Shown here: piece by piece, positions 38,977 through 47,896 of the stretch
Layout of the letters: every line of letters begins with the position of its first letter
Numbering within the stretch: the first letter of the stretch is position 1
Notes under the pieces: generated by a model
Seen by the model: the letters and a program-made list of their open reading frames with translations, nothing else
The model's database searches: none
What the model was told of the DNA's origin: nothing
Made by a program: the position numbers and the translations under genes
NCBI GenBank assembly: GCA_013204385.1
Contig: JABMNY010000031.1
Span: forward strand, 1,168-65,167
Source: Candidatus Uhrbacteria bacterium
GTDB taxonomy: Bacteria > Patescibacteriota > Patescibacteriia > UBA9934 > GWF2-40-263
Reading direction: 5' to 3'
Length of the DNA: 64,000 nucleotides

Positions 38977-40840
38977 TATTATTTGGAAGAACGTAATCGC
39001 TAGGAGCTGGACTCACGCTTTGTTCTGCTTCAACCGTTTCCTGCCACCCTGTCTGACATGCAGATCGAGATGCAATCCCGTTACAACAATAAGGTTTTTC
39101 TTCATCTCTTCCCTCCGTACACGTTGATCCAGGTCCTATGGCTGGATACATACAGATCTGGTAGGCACTCTTAATGTCATTTGTAAGAACAGGCCAGTAG
39201 TCCCATCCTCCCTCATCTGTACTTACAAAGCTTGGATGTTCAATAAGCACGGTCGTTCGTTCGGTTTCATCATTATTTTCCTTCCGAACAGCAAACCACG
39301 ATTCATAATACGGATCGGGCCACAATGACACACTATGCGTTTTGACTGTTGAAGACTTGAGGTACGTATTAAACGTGATTTCCACATCGTTTGTCTGACT
39401 AATCTCATCTTCTTCAACTCCAGGATCTAATCCTTCTTCTATAATCTGTGGAACTGTGTCTTCAATTTCATCGGTTGTTGTAAAATTCCATTCCTTATTA
39501 TCCGTCTCATCCCCGTCAGAGCACTCAATCGTATCAGAGGCGGAACCACAGGCTTCTCCATCATGATCCCCATCTAATGAGTTTGCAGCGGCGTCAACCA
39601 GACCATCAAACGTAAACCCGGTGGACTCTGCTTGAGGCGCTTCATCTTCATTGATGGTAGCAGCCTTAGCAACCACATCAACAAGTTGATTTGAAGGAAG
39701 ACAGTAAATTGTGTCTCCACAAGGATCTTCTCCACACGCATCCGTTGTCGTGAAACTGAGTGTGCGATAAGCATTACTAATCTCGAAGGTTCCCTCTACC
39801 ACCTCACCAGCCTCGTTATAGACTAAAATATTTGTAAACAAATCCTCATCCCCAATATACGATCCTGTACTTGCCACAGGATCCATCGCCTCAGAGAAGT
39901 TAATTTCAATGGTGATATTTCGAGGTTCTTGTGCATCTTGCTGAGGAACAACAGATGTCACATATGGAGGGGTCAAATCAATTTCTGTTGAAACTTCAAA
40001 TGTCCAACTATATCCACTCGCATATGCTCCAGAAAATGCAGATGAGCCTGATTCTTTTTCAATATTCGTCGTCAGCGTAACCGTATAATTCGTATCCTCT
40101 TCTGCTGAACCAAGATACTCAACAGGATCAAAGACGAACACTTCAAGATCTTCATCATACGTCACGACCACAGCCTCTGACTCCAATGCTTCACCTGCTC
40201 CCTGTTCTGTTGGATAGATGATAATACTATCCGCATTCAAATAATCATCTGTTGAATCGTCCCCATCATAATTACTCACAATTGATTCTGGATTGATTGC
40301 TTCTTTGAAACTGACAAAAATCCGTGTATTTCGAGCAATGTCCCGCGCATCACGCTCAGGATAATGGTCATCTAAGACACCTCCTCCTAAGGAACCAGAC
40401 AAAGGTTCAGAATACGCGTCAGCGACCGCTGAGGCTGTCCCTGTGAATGCCGCCTCAAGCAAACGACTTAAAATGAATGAAGCGATGCTATAGGCAGAAA
40501 AAATAATGAAGAGCCCAATGATAGACTGCTGAAGAACCTTCTTAGCTTTTTTAATTGGTTCTACTTCCCCACGAGCAAGGAGATAGAGAAATCCAGCATA
40601 AATAACCAGGCAAACAAAGATGATTCCAACAACCGTCAACGCGACACGAATGACGCGCGCAATAATAATCGCAATGTTGTCTGTCGGAAGCGTTGAAGCT
40701 GTTCCGAATTGTTCAAATGCCGTTTGCTGAGCAAACGTCGGATGAACATTCACAAGAAAAAATAAAACAGAAAACGCTACGACTCCAAGAAGGAGCGCGC
40801 GCAATGTGGGTGCTTCAAATTTCATAAAGGGACGGTCCAT
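38960..40840 (-). CDS. 626-aa secreted protein with the same VirB2/TrbC-like two-helix N-terminal module followed by Ig-like (Big_5/SbsA-type) domains; partner of the giant protein
   Basis: Signal peptide ending FAQ; IIIARVIRVALTVVGIIFVCLVIYAGFLYLL...KKAKKVLQQSIIGLFIIFSAYSIASFIL aligns with the giant's N-terminus; TPPYVTSVVPQQ...INFSEAMD Ig-like block; 17-nt overlap with the giant gene. Confidence 0.7.
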   Translation of the reverse strand: MDRPFMKFEAPTLRALLLGVVAFSVLFFLVNVHPTFAQQTAFEQFGTASTLPTDNIAIIIARVIRVALTVVGIIFVCLVIYAGFLYLLARGEVEPIKKAKKVLQQSIIGLFIIFSAYSIASFILSRLLEAAFTGTASAVADAYSEPLSGSLGGGVLDDHYPERDARDIARNTRIFVSFKEAINPESIVSNYDGDDSTDDYLNADSIIIYPTEQGAGEALESEAVVVTYDEDLEVFVFDPVEYLGSAEEDTNYTVTLTTNIEKESGSSAFSGAYASGYSWTFEVSTEIDLTPPYVTSVVPQQDAQEPRNITIEINFSEAMDPVASTGSYIGDEDLFTNILVYNEAGEVVEGTFEISNAYRTLSFTTTDACGEDPCGDTIYCLPSNQLVDVVAKAATINEDEAPQAESTGFTFDGLVDAAANSLDGDHDGEACGSASDTIECSDGDETDNKEWNFTTTDEIEDTVPQIIEEGLDPGVEEDEISQTNDVEITFNTYLKSSTVKTHSVSLWPDPYYESWFAVRKENNDETERTTVLIEHPSFVSTDEGGWDYWPVLTNDIKSAYQICMYPAIGPGSTCTEGRDEEKPYCCNGIASRSACQTGWQETVEAEQSVSPAPSDYVLPNNSETEL

Positions 40841-40937
40841 GGCGATTACTTCAGGATCAATTGGATACCATTGATCATGTGTAAATCTATTGTATCTTAT
40901 TTAGACCGTTCTGACAGATAAAGATTGTGGATAGAAA

Positions 40938-40967
40938 CAAAAAAACGGGCAAGCCCCGTTTTTTTGT
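40938..40967. terminator. bidirectional terminator (A7-acgggcaagccccgt-T7) between the yqeY fusion and the 626-aa gene
   Basis: Read directly. Confidence 0.55.
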
Positions 40968-40987
40968 TTGATGAACTGTTGTAGATG

Positions 40988-41752
40988 TTAACTTATTTGT
41001 TGTAAGGCAATCGTACAAAATGCAAAAAGCGCCGCAACAATCATGGTAGAAAAAACACCGATGGTAATTTTACTAATGGCTCCATCATGTTCTTTATCTC
41101 GATAAGAAGCCGTCATGTATTGGAAACCCCCATTCAAGATAAGTGTGATTGCCACGATCCCTAACCAGAGAGTGAGCACTCGGAACATCCGTAAAAGGAA
41201 TTCTGTGTACGACACTCCATTTGCAAAGTTTTCAACTAACGGAATTGCCGCCTGCGCCTCATGAGCAACAAGACTCATCGCAAACATGACTGGAATAAAT
41301 GCTCCAAGGAGTGTCCCAACAATCTGCTTCACACGAGTACCGTCTGCGCGTCCTGCCACCGCCTTCATGGCGACACCCATCGCGCGTCCCATCTCCTCCT
41401 TACTTGTCACCCCACTTGCTTCAATCGCCTCTTTTACAATGACCATCAATTCCTCGTCAGGCATCTGTGCAGGAAGATACTGTTCAAGCACAACGACTTC
41501 CACCTGTGAACTCACTGCCATATCTTCACGTCCACCTGTCACAAAAGATTCAATAGAATCTTTTAATTGTTTGACCTGCGACTTAATAACATCTTGAACT
41601 TCTGCATCTGAAAGTTCATGCTGAAGATCTATTTGTTTATTCTTAATCGCAGATAGCAACAAACGCAACGTAGATAACGTTGCGTTGTCTTTGGCTTTCA
41701 TGGCCAATTTCATGTTCTGTGTAATCGTCTCTATCAAAGACATACGACTCAA
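40988..41752 (-). CDS. yqeY: GatB/YqeY-domain protein fused to a C-terminal VirB2/TrbC-like two-helix membrane module
   Basis: N-terminal 150 aa (TQNMKLAMKAKDNATLSTLRLLLSAIKNKQIDLQ...) is a typical YqeY. The C-terminal 100 aa (FLLRMFRVLTLWLGIVAITLILNGGFQYM...AISKITIGVFSTMIVAALFAF) has the same architecture as the N-termini of the two downstream surface proteins. Directly follows rpsU as in Firmicutes. Confidence 0.7.
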   Translation of the reverse strand: MSRMSLIETITQNMKLAMKAKDNATLSTLRLLLSAIKNKQIDLQHELSDAEVQDVIKSQVKQLKDSIESFVTGGREDMAVSSQVEVVVLEQYLPAQMPDEELMVIVKEAIEASGVTSKEEMGRAMGVAMKAVAGRADGTRVKQIVGTLLGAFIPVMFAMSLVAHEAQAAIPLVENFANGVSYTEFLLRMFRVLTLWLGIVAITLILNGGFQYMTASYRDKEHDGAISKITIGVFSTMIVAALFAFCTIALQQIS

Positions 41753-41754
41753 TT

Positions 41755-42003
41755 TTATCGACCTCTTCGGTTTGTTCCTCGAGTTGTTTCATCGAGTTGT
41801 CCAATACGAATGAGATATTGTCGTTTTGCTCCGGTGATAATTCGACGAAGGGCACTTTTCTTCATCTTGGCTTTATTCGGCTTGTCTTCGCGAAAGCGGA
41901 TCTTTCTTGTCTGAAGCATGTTTCCACTTTGCTGAACACGACGACTAAAACGTCGATAGATTCCTTCAAAACTCTCACCTTTACGGCGTTTTACGTTAAC
42001 CAC
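41755..42003 (-). CDS. rpsU: 30S ribosomal protein S21
   Basis: MVNVKRRKGESFEGIYRRFSRRVQQSGNMLQTRKIRFREDKPNKAKMKKSALRR; basic, S21-like. Confidence 0.75.
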   Translation of the reverse strand: MVNVKRRKGESFEGIYRRFSRRVQQSGNMLQTRKIRFREDKPNKAKMKKSALRRIITGAKRQYLIRIGQLDETTRGTNRRGR

Positions 42004-42043
42004 ACGTTTTTCCTTTACTTAGCGAATTATTAAATACCCAGAG

Positions 42044-42072
42044 ATTATGCAAAAAAACCCCTCTTTTGTCAA
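42044..42072 (-). promoter_or_regulatory. promoter upstream of rpsU (minus strand: TTGACA - 17 nt - CATAAT)
   Basis: Hexamers read from the reverse complement. Confidence 0.45.
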
Positions 42073-42080
42073 GCCTTCTA

Positions 42081-43499
42081 TTAAGCAGTTTCAACAGGAG
42101 ACTGCATAATAGGATCGACCCCCTCTTCATGACGAAGTTTCTTTTTCACAAGTCCCACAACTTTCTTTACATCAACAATTTCCTGAGCTCCTGATTCCAT
42201 GTCACGAATAATAATCGTTTCATCAAGAACCTCCTTTTGACCTAGGATCAAAGTAAACTGAACCCCAAGCTTATTAGCAACATCCAACTGTGCCTTTAAT
42301 GAGTTTTTTCCAAACGCTTCAGCAATAGGCACACCCGCATTTCGGAAATCCTCAAACAACTTTAACCCTACACGTCGAGAAGCATCACCGAGTTGTGCAA
42401 AAAAGACATGTGGTTTCGGTCTCTCAAGTGGATTAATTCCTTTTGCTTCAAGAGCTCGAGAAATGCGTTCCATTCCAAGCGCAAATCCACAGGCGGGAGT
42501 TGGGCGTCCTCCAAGGAGTTCAACGAGCCCATCGTAGCGACCTCCCCCTCCAAGAGCAGATTGCGCCTTTGTTCCCTCATCATCTGCAAGAACGAACTCA
42601 AAGACGGTGTGCGTGTAATAATCTAATCCGCGCACAAGATAGGGATTAAGAACGAACGGAACCTCGACTTCCTCCAAAAACTCAAGCACCTTCATGAAAT
42701 GTTCTTTTGACTTATCATCAAGCCAGTCAAGGATCTGAGGAGCTCCATCAAGAAGTTCTCGCGTGACTTCCTCTTTACTATCCAAAATGCGAAGCGGATT
42801 CTTTTGCAGTCGACGCTTATCATCATCTGAAAGTTTACTTCGGTGTTGACGAAAATAGGCAACAAGCTCAGCAAGATACGCCTGTCGACATTCGGTTGTT
42901 CCGATGGAATTGATTTGAACTTTTACATCCAATCCAAGATCTTTGAAAATTTTATATCCAATCACGATCAATTGCGCATCAACGATCGGCTCATCGACAC
43001 CAAAACTTTCAAAGCCCACCTGATAAAACTGACGGTATCGTCCGGCTTGCGGTCGATCGTGTCGAAACATTGGCCCTGTGTACCACATCTTTACAGGTTG
43101 CGGACGGTCAAGCATCCCATGACCAATATAGGCTCGTGCTGCGCTCGCAGTTGCTTCAGGACGCATTGCAACAGAACGGTTAGATGGATCTGTAAACGTA
43201 TACATCTCCTTATCGATAATATCTGTTCCTTTTCCAATCGTTCGATTAAACAATTCTGAACGTTCTAGAATAGGAAGGTCAACACGATCGAAACTGTACG
43301 CCTCTGCAATAGATCGCACCGTATCGCGAATCAAATTCCATCGGCCTTGATCTTCAGAAAGAATATCACGAAATCCTCGCAAAAGATCATAGGACTTAGA
43401 TAATTTTGGTTCGTCGCTCTCATCTTTTTTTACTTCTACAGGCTTTGACGGAGGTTTAGAAACGACCGCCTTTGGAGCCACCTTCTTTTTTCCAGGCAT
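42081..43499 (-). CDS. hisS: histidine--tRNA ligase with a Lys-rich N-terminal extension of about 35 aa
   Basis: Class II aaRS motifs (RPEATASAARAYI; YTGPMFRHDRPQAGRYRQFYQVG) and an anticodon-binding domain; the extension is MPGKKKVAPKAVVSKPPSKPVEVKKDESDEPK. Confidence 0.9.
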   Translation of the reverse strand: MPGKKKVAPKAVVSKPPSKPVEVKKDESDEPKLSKSYDLLRGFRDILSEDQGRWNLIRDTVRSIAEAYSFDRVDLPILERSELFNRTIGKGTDIIDKEMYTFTDPSNRSVAMRPEATASAARAYIGHGMLDRPQPVKMWYTGPMFRHDRPQAGRYRQFYQVGFESFGVDEPIVDAQLIVIGYKIFKDLGLDVKVQINSIGTTECRQAYLAELVAYFRQHRSKLSDDDKRRLQKNPLRILDSKEEVTRELLDGAPQILDWLDDKSKEHFMKVLEFLEEVEVPFVLNPYLVRGLDYYTHTVFEFVLADDEGTKAQSALGGGGRYDGLVELLGGRPTPACGFALGMERISRALEAKGINPLERPKPHVFFAQLGDASRRVGLKLFEDFRNAGVPIAEAFGKNSLKAQLDVANKLGVQFTLILGQKEVLDETIIIRDMESGAQEIVDVKKVVGLVKKKLRHEEGVDPIMQSPVETA

Positions 43500-43520
43500 A
43501 GAGTTATAGATAATCAGGTA

Positions 43521-44129
43521 TTAAAGGTTGTATTCAGGAACATCAAACGTTCCGATGCGTGAGAGTGGAAGCCCCCGTACCCACACCCGGCCAATCACAT
43601 CATCTCGATGAATTGGGCCAAAACTTCTTGAATCGAGTGAGGCGTCTCTATTGTCACCAAACACATAGTATTCATCTTCGCCGAGGGTCACTCTTACTTT
43701 TCCAGTCGTTTGTTCTCCCCCAAGGTACGTTTCCTCTAGGACAAATCCGTTTGGATGCTCTGTATTGTAAACAGTAATGTTTCCTCCTGTTACCTCGATC
43801 GTCTCCCCGGGAAGGCCGATAATGCGCTTGATAAAAAACTGACTCGGATCACGTGGATATCGGAAGACGAGAATTTCTCCACGGAATGGATCACGAAATC
43901 GATAGGAAAGCTCATCAATAATAAGGTATTCGTGATCATAGAAATTTGGTTCCATGGATGCCCCCTTTACATAAAAAGGTTGAATCAAAAAATACCGAAT
44001 CGGAATAATAATGGCACTTGAAATCAAAACGATTTGAACCACTTCAAACAAAAATGAAGCAACAGATCCCCCTACTGGCCCAAAACGTTGATAAAATTTC
44101 TCTTCAATAGATGGAAGTCGAATGTGCAT
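43521..44129 (-). CDS. lepB: signal peptidase I
   Basis: VKGASMEPNF (Ser box), ...FIKRIIGLPGETIEV (Lys box), and a GDNRDAS box. Confidence 0.9.
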   Translation of the reverse strand: MHIRLPSIEEKFYQRFGPVGGSVASFLFEVVQIVLISSAIIIPIRYFLIQPFYVKGASMEPNFYDHEYLIIDELSYRFRDPFRGEILVFRYPRDPSQFFIKRIIGLPGETIEVTGGNITVYNTEHPNGFVLEETYLGGEQTTGKVRVTLGEDEYYVFGDNRDASLDSRSFGPIHRDDVIGRVWVRGLPLSRIGTFDVPEYNL

Positions 44130-44234
44130 AAAGTTACAGGCGGGACAGTAAAATCGTTACAACCCTATCAAAAAAATGGGGTCAAAGCAAGGGAGTACCC
44201 TTCCATGACTCTTTTATGAACTCAGTCGCTTGAA

Positions 44235-45914
44235 GTGTTTAGAAAAAATCGCTACACTAGGACGCGAGGAGTTATGGAAAAACATAAAGTTGACCTACTT
44301 CAAGATCATCCCCGCCAGCGTGTGCCAAAGCGATCGCCGGTTCTTTTTTTTGGACGTACGCTTGTAGTCCTTTTAATCATGCTTGCCACGGCCGGAGCTG
44401 TCTTTTCCTATCAAGTCAATTCAACTTCTGAAAGTACTGGGACGTTTCCTTCAATCTCATTTTTTTCCACATTAAAACATCTCGTCTCATCAGACGACAA
44501 AGCACTGGAAGGAGAAGAACTTGATCGAGTAAATTTCCTTCTCATGGGAATTGGAGGAGAAGGTCATGATGGTCCACAGCTTACAGACACGATCATTTTT
44601 ACAAGTTACAAACCCTCAGACGGATCCGTTGCCATGATGTCGCTTCCGCGTGACATGACCGTACCTATTCCGGGATATGGCTATCGAAAAGTAAACCACG
44701 CGAACGCATACGGAGAAATGGATGAAACAGGCACAGGACCGCTCCTTGCTTCACAAGTCATTGGAGAAGTTCTTGATGAAGACATTCAATACTATTTGCG
44801 AGTTGATTTCGATGGATTTGCAGAATTTATTGATGCGATCGGTGGAGTGGATGTGTATGTAGATAATGCCTTCACAGATGCAAGTTACCCAAGTCATGGA
44901 AAAGAGTACGCAACATGTGGATATGCCACACAAGTAGAAGAACCAGAAGTTGTAGATGAAGAACCAAGTGAACTTGCCTTGATACTCGCAATTGATACAG
45001 AAGAACAAGGAATCCTAGAAGAGGCTGTCCTTGAACAAAATACTCCAGAGGTGGTTCCAAACTATTCTTGTCGCTACGAAACGCTCACCTTCTACGAAGG
45101 ATGGACACACATGGATGGACAGACTGCACTCAAGTTTGCACGATCACGCCACGGAAATAACGGAGAGGGTTCAGACTTCGCTCGATCAGAACGTCAACAG
45201 AAGATCATCCTTGCCGCAAAGGACAAAGTCCTTTCTGCCTCTACCTTCTTGAATCCTTCTCGCATCACCAAAATGCTTGATGCACTCAAAGATAACATCG
45301 CAACAAACTTAGACGTTTGGGAGATTGTCCGATTGGCAAAAGAGTTAAAAGACGTGAACGCAAGCGAGATCACGCATCATGTCATCGATGCATCCAATGA
45401 ATCTCCTCTCTACGCCACAGTACTCAATGGAGCCTATGTCCTTCTTCCAAAAAATGATGATTGGTCTCCCCTTCAAAACATTGCTGAAAATATCTTTACT
45501 CCAGACGAAGAACTCAGCACAATCTTTGCAGAAGCTCCAGAACAAAAACCAAAGTTTGTCCGTGTAGAAATCCAAAATGGGACAAACATCAGCGGACTTG
45601 CCTTTACTGCCTCTCAATTATTGGATGGTCAAGGATTTGATGTGATCAAAATTGGAAACGCAGAAACAAGAGGCTACGAGCATACTGTGATCTACGATCT
45701 TACCAACGGCCAACGATCAGAAGAACTGAAAGCGTTGAGAGATTTTCTACAGGCAGACGTCACCCTCTCAGCCACAGGATGGCTCATTAGTGGGGATATT
45801 GTGCCAAAAGAGATCACATTTACCTCTGAGGACTCAGAAAAACTAACAACACAAGACGACGTTGATTTCCTCATTATTCTTGGAGAGAGTGCCTCAACCC
45901 TTGCCAGAAACTAA
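44235..45914 (+). CDS. LytR-CpsA-Psr (LCP) family protein with a C-terminal LytR_C-like extension
   Basis: TM anchor, then VNFLLMGIGGEGHDGPQLTDTIIFTSY...SLPRDMTVPIPGYGYRKVNHANAYGE (LCP core). Confidence 0.8.
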   Translation: MFRKNRYTRTRGVMEKHKVDLLQDHPRQRVPKRSPVLFFGRTLVVLLIMLATAGAVFSYQVNSTSESTGTFPSISFFSTLKHLVSSDDKALEGEELDRVNFLLMGIGGEGHDGPQLTDTIIFTSYKPSDGSVAMMSLPRDMTVPIPGYGYRKVNHANAYGEMDETGTGPLLASQVIGEVLDEDIQYYLRVDFDGFAEFIDAIGGVDVYVDNAFTDASYPSHGKEYATCGYATQVEEPEVVDEEPSELALILAIDTEEQGILEEAVLEQNTPEVVPNYSCRYETLTFYEGWTHMDGQTALKFARSRHGNNGEGSDFARSERQQKIILAAKDKVLSASTFLNPSRITKMLDALKDNIATNLDVWEIVRLAKELKDVNASEITHHVIDASNESPLYATVLNGAYVLLPKNDDWSPLQNIAENIFTPDEELSTIFAEAPEQKPKFVRVEIQNGTNISGLAFTASQLLDGQGFDVIKIGNAETRGYEHTVIYDLTNGQRSEELKALRDFLQADVTLSATGWLISGDIVPKEITFTSEDSEKLTTQDDVDFLIILGESASTLARN

Positions 45915-45924
45915 AAAATAGCCC

Positions 45925-45950
45925 AGAATCCCGGCACAGAGTCGGGTTTT
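45925..45950 (+). terminator. terminator after the LCP gene (cccggcacagagtcggg tttttt)
   Basis: Read directly. Confidence 0.5.
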
Positions 45951-45961
45951 TTGTCTGAAAG

Positions 45962-47350
45962 ATGAAACCCCTTTACAATACCTCTATGGCTCAACACCCT
46001 CCCGTGGTCGCCTTGATAGGACGAACCAACGTTGGAAAATCTACAATCTTCAACCGACTTCTGGAAACACAGAAGGCGCTTGTTTCTGATGTTGCTGGAA
46101 CAACTCGTGACCGCAACGAAGGAGACTGTCTTTGGAGAGGACGTATCATTCGCCTTGTTGATACAGGTGGGATGGACGTCGACATGAAAAACGAGATGGA
46201 AGTAAGCATCTTGAAGCAGTCCCAATTTGCGATTGATCGTGCAGACATCCTTTTATTTGTTGTCGATGCAAAGTCTGGTGCCATGCCACAAGAACGTGCA
46301 CTTGCGGACCATATTCGAGAATCAGGAAAGCCTGTCATTGTTGTTGCAAACAAAGCGGAAAAAGTAGCAGAGCGATTAAGTGTCTCAAATGCAGAGTGGC
46401 AATTTCCAGGTCTTACGGAACCTCTCCCTATTTCGGCTGCGCGTGGAAACGGTCTTGGTGATTTGTTAGACCAAGTCTATGACAAACTGGAAGAAATCGG
46501 AAAACCCGCTGTTGACCCTTTTGAAACGGATGCGATTAAAGTTGCGGTGATCGGAAAACCAAACGTTGGAAAATCGACGCTCCTCAACGCAATTCTTGGA
46601 GAAGAACGTTTCATCACTTCACCTATCTCGCACACAACCCGCGAACCAAATGACATGCTCATCACCCTTGATGACAAGCGGTACCTATTTATCGACACCG
46701 CAGGAATGCGCAAACAAGGAAAAGTTCGTAAAGCAGGAGGCTTAGAAGAAGCCGCTGTTCGACGTAACGAACATATTGTTAAAATGGCAGACGTCACCAT
46801 TCTCGTCATGGATGCAAGTCAGCCGATCGGAAATCAAGAAAAAACACTTGCTGGATTTTTGAAAAACTCTGGATCAGCTGTGATTATTGTGGCAAATAAA
46901 TGGGATCTTGTAGAAGATAAAAACACCACAACCATGAACCGCTTCCGCGAATACTTTTCTGGAATGCTTCCATTTCTCAACTGGGCCCCTGTGATGTTTC
47001 TTTCTGCGCTTACGAAGCAACGGGTCAATACATTGTTTCAACAAATTGATCTTGTCTACAAGAATCGTGCGATCGAAATTTCAAATAAGGACTTGGCTGA
47101 ATTTCTCAAAGAAGTTCAAACTCGACATAAACCAATGATCGGGAAAGGGAAAACTGTGCCAAAACTTCTTGGATTCAAACAGATGAAAAATGAACCTCCT
47201 CGTTTTGATCTGATTCTCAAAGCAAGACGAACAGACGCGCTTTCTGTCGCGTATGTCCGATTTTTAGAAAATCGACTCCGAGAAAAATTTAATCTAACTG
47301 GAACACCTCTGAGAATCAATATCCGTATTGCACGAGCTGTCTCAAAATAG
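45962..47350 (+). CDS. der: ribosome biogenesis GTPase Der (EngA)
   Basis: Two tandem GTPase domains (GRTNVGKST; GKPNVGKST) plus a KH-like C-terminus. Confidence 0.9.
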   Translation: MKPLYNTSMAQHPPVVALIGRTNVGKSTIFNRLLETQKALVSDVAGTTRDRNEGDCLWRGRIIRLVDTGGMDVDMKNEMEVSILKQSQFAIDRADILLFVVDAKSGAMPQERALADHIRESGKPVIVVANKAEKVAERLSVSNAEWQFPGLTEPLPISAARGNGLGDLLDQVYDKLEEIGKPAVDPFETDAIKVAVIGKPNVGKSTLLNAILGEERFITSPISHTTREPNDMLITLDDKRYLFIDTAGMRKQGKVRKAGGLEEAAVRRNEHIVKMADVTILVMDASQPIGNQEKTLAGFLKNSGSAVIIVANKWDLVEDKNTTTMNRFREYFSGMLPFLNWAPVMFLSALTKQRVNTLFQQIDLVYKNRAIEISNKDLAEFLKEVQTRHKPMIGKGKTVPKLLGFKQMKNEPPRFDLILKARRTDALSVAYVRFLENRLREKFNLTGTPLRINIRIARAVSK

Positions 47351-47356
47351 TTCACT

Positions 47357-47896
47357 ATGATCGTACTTTTAGGACTTGGAAACCCTGGATCAGAATATGA
47401 ACGCACGCGTCATAATGTGGGATTTCTTGTATTAGAACATCTCGCACATGCGCAAGAAAGTTCATTTACGTCAAAACGATCTCTGGAAGCAGAGATTACG
47501 GAAATTGAATGGGAAAAAGAACGTATTCTCCTTGCAAAACCGCAGACGTTTATGAACGCAAGTGGACGAACACTCTCTGCGATTCTTTCAAAGTATCCTG
47601 TCACTCCAGAGCAGGTCTGTGTGATCTACGACGACGCAGATCTTCCATTTGGAGATGTGCGTTTGCGAATCAGTGGAGGAAGTGCAGGACACAGAGGCAT
47701 GGAATCTCTTCTCGCTTCCCTCCCGAAAGGAACCTCTCTCACACGTATCCGTGTAGGAATTGGAAGACCCCCTCATGCAGATATCCCTTTAGATGCCTTT
47801 GTCTTAGGGAGATGGACCCAAGCAGAAGAAGCCCAACTTCCAGATATTTTTGCATCAATCACAAAACTCATTAAAGAACACATTCAGACCGTATGA
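47357..47896 (+). CDS. pth: peptidyl-tRNA hydrolase
   Basis: MIVLLGLGNPGSEYERTRHNVGF. Confidence 0.9.
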   Translation: MIVLLGLGNPGSEYERTRHNVGFLVLEHLAHAQESSFTSKRSLEAEITEIEWEKERILLAKPQTFMNASGRTLSAILSKYPVTPEQVCVIYDDADLPFGDVRLRISGGSAGHRGMESLLASLPKGTSLTRIRVGIGRPPHADIPLDAFVLGRWTQAEEAQLPDIFASITKLIKEHIQTV

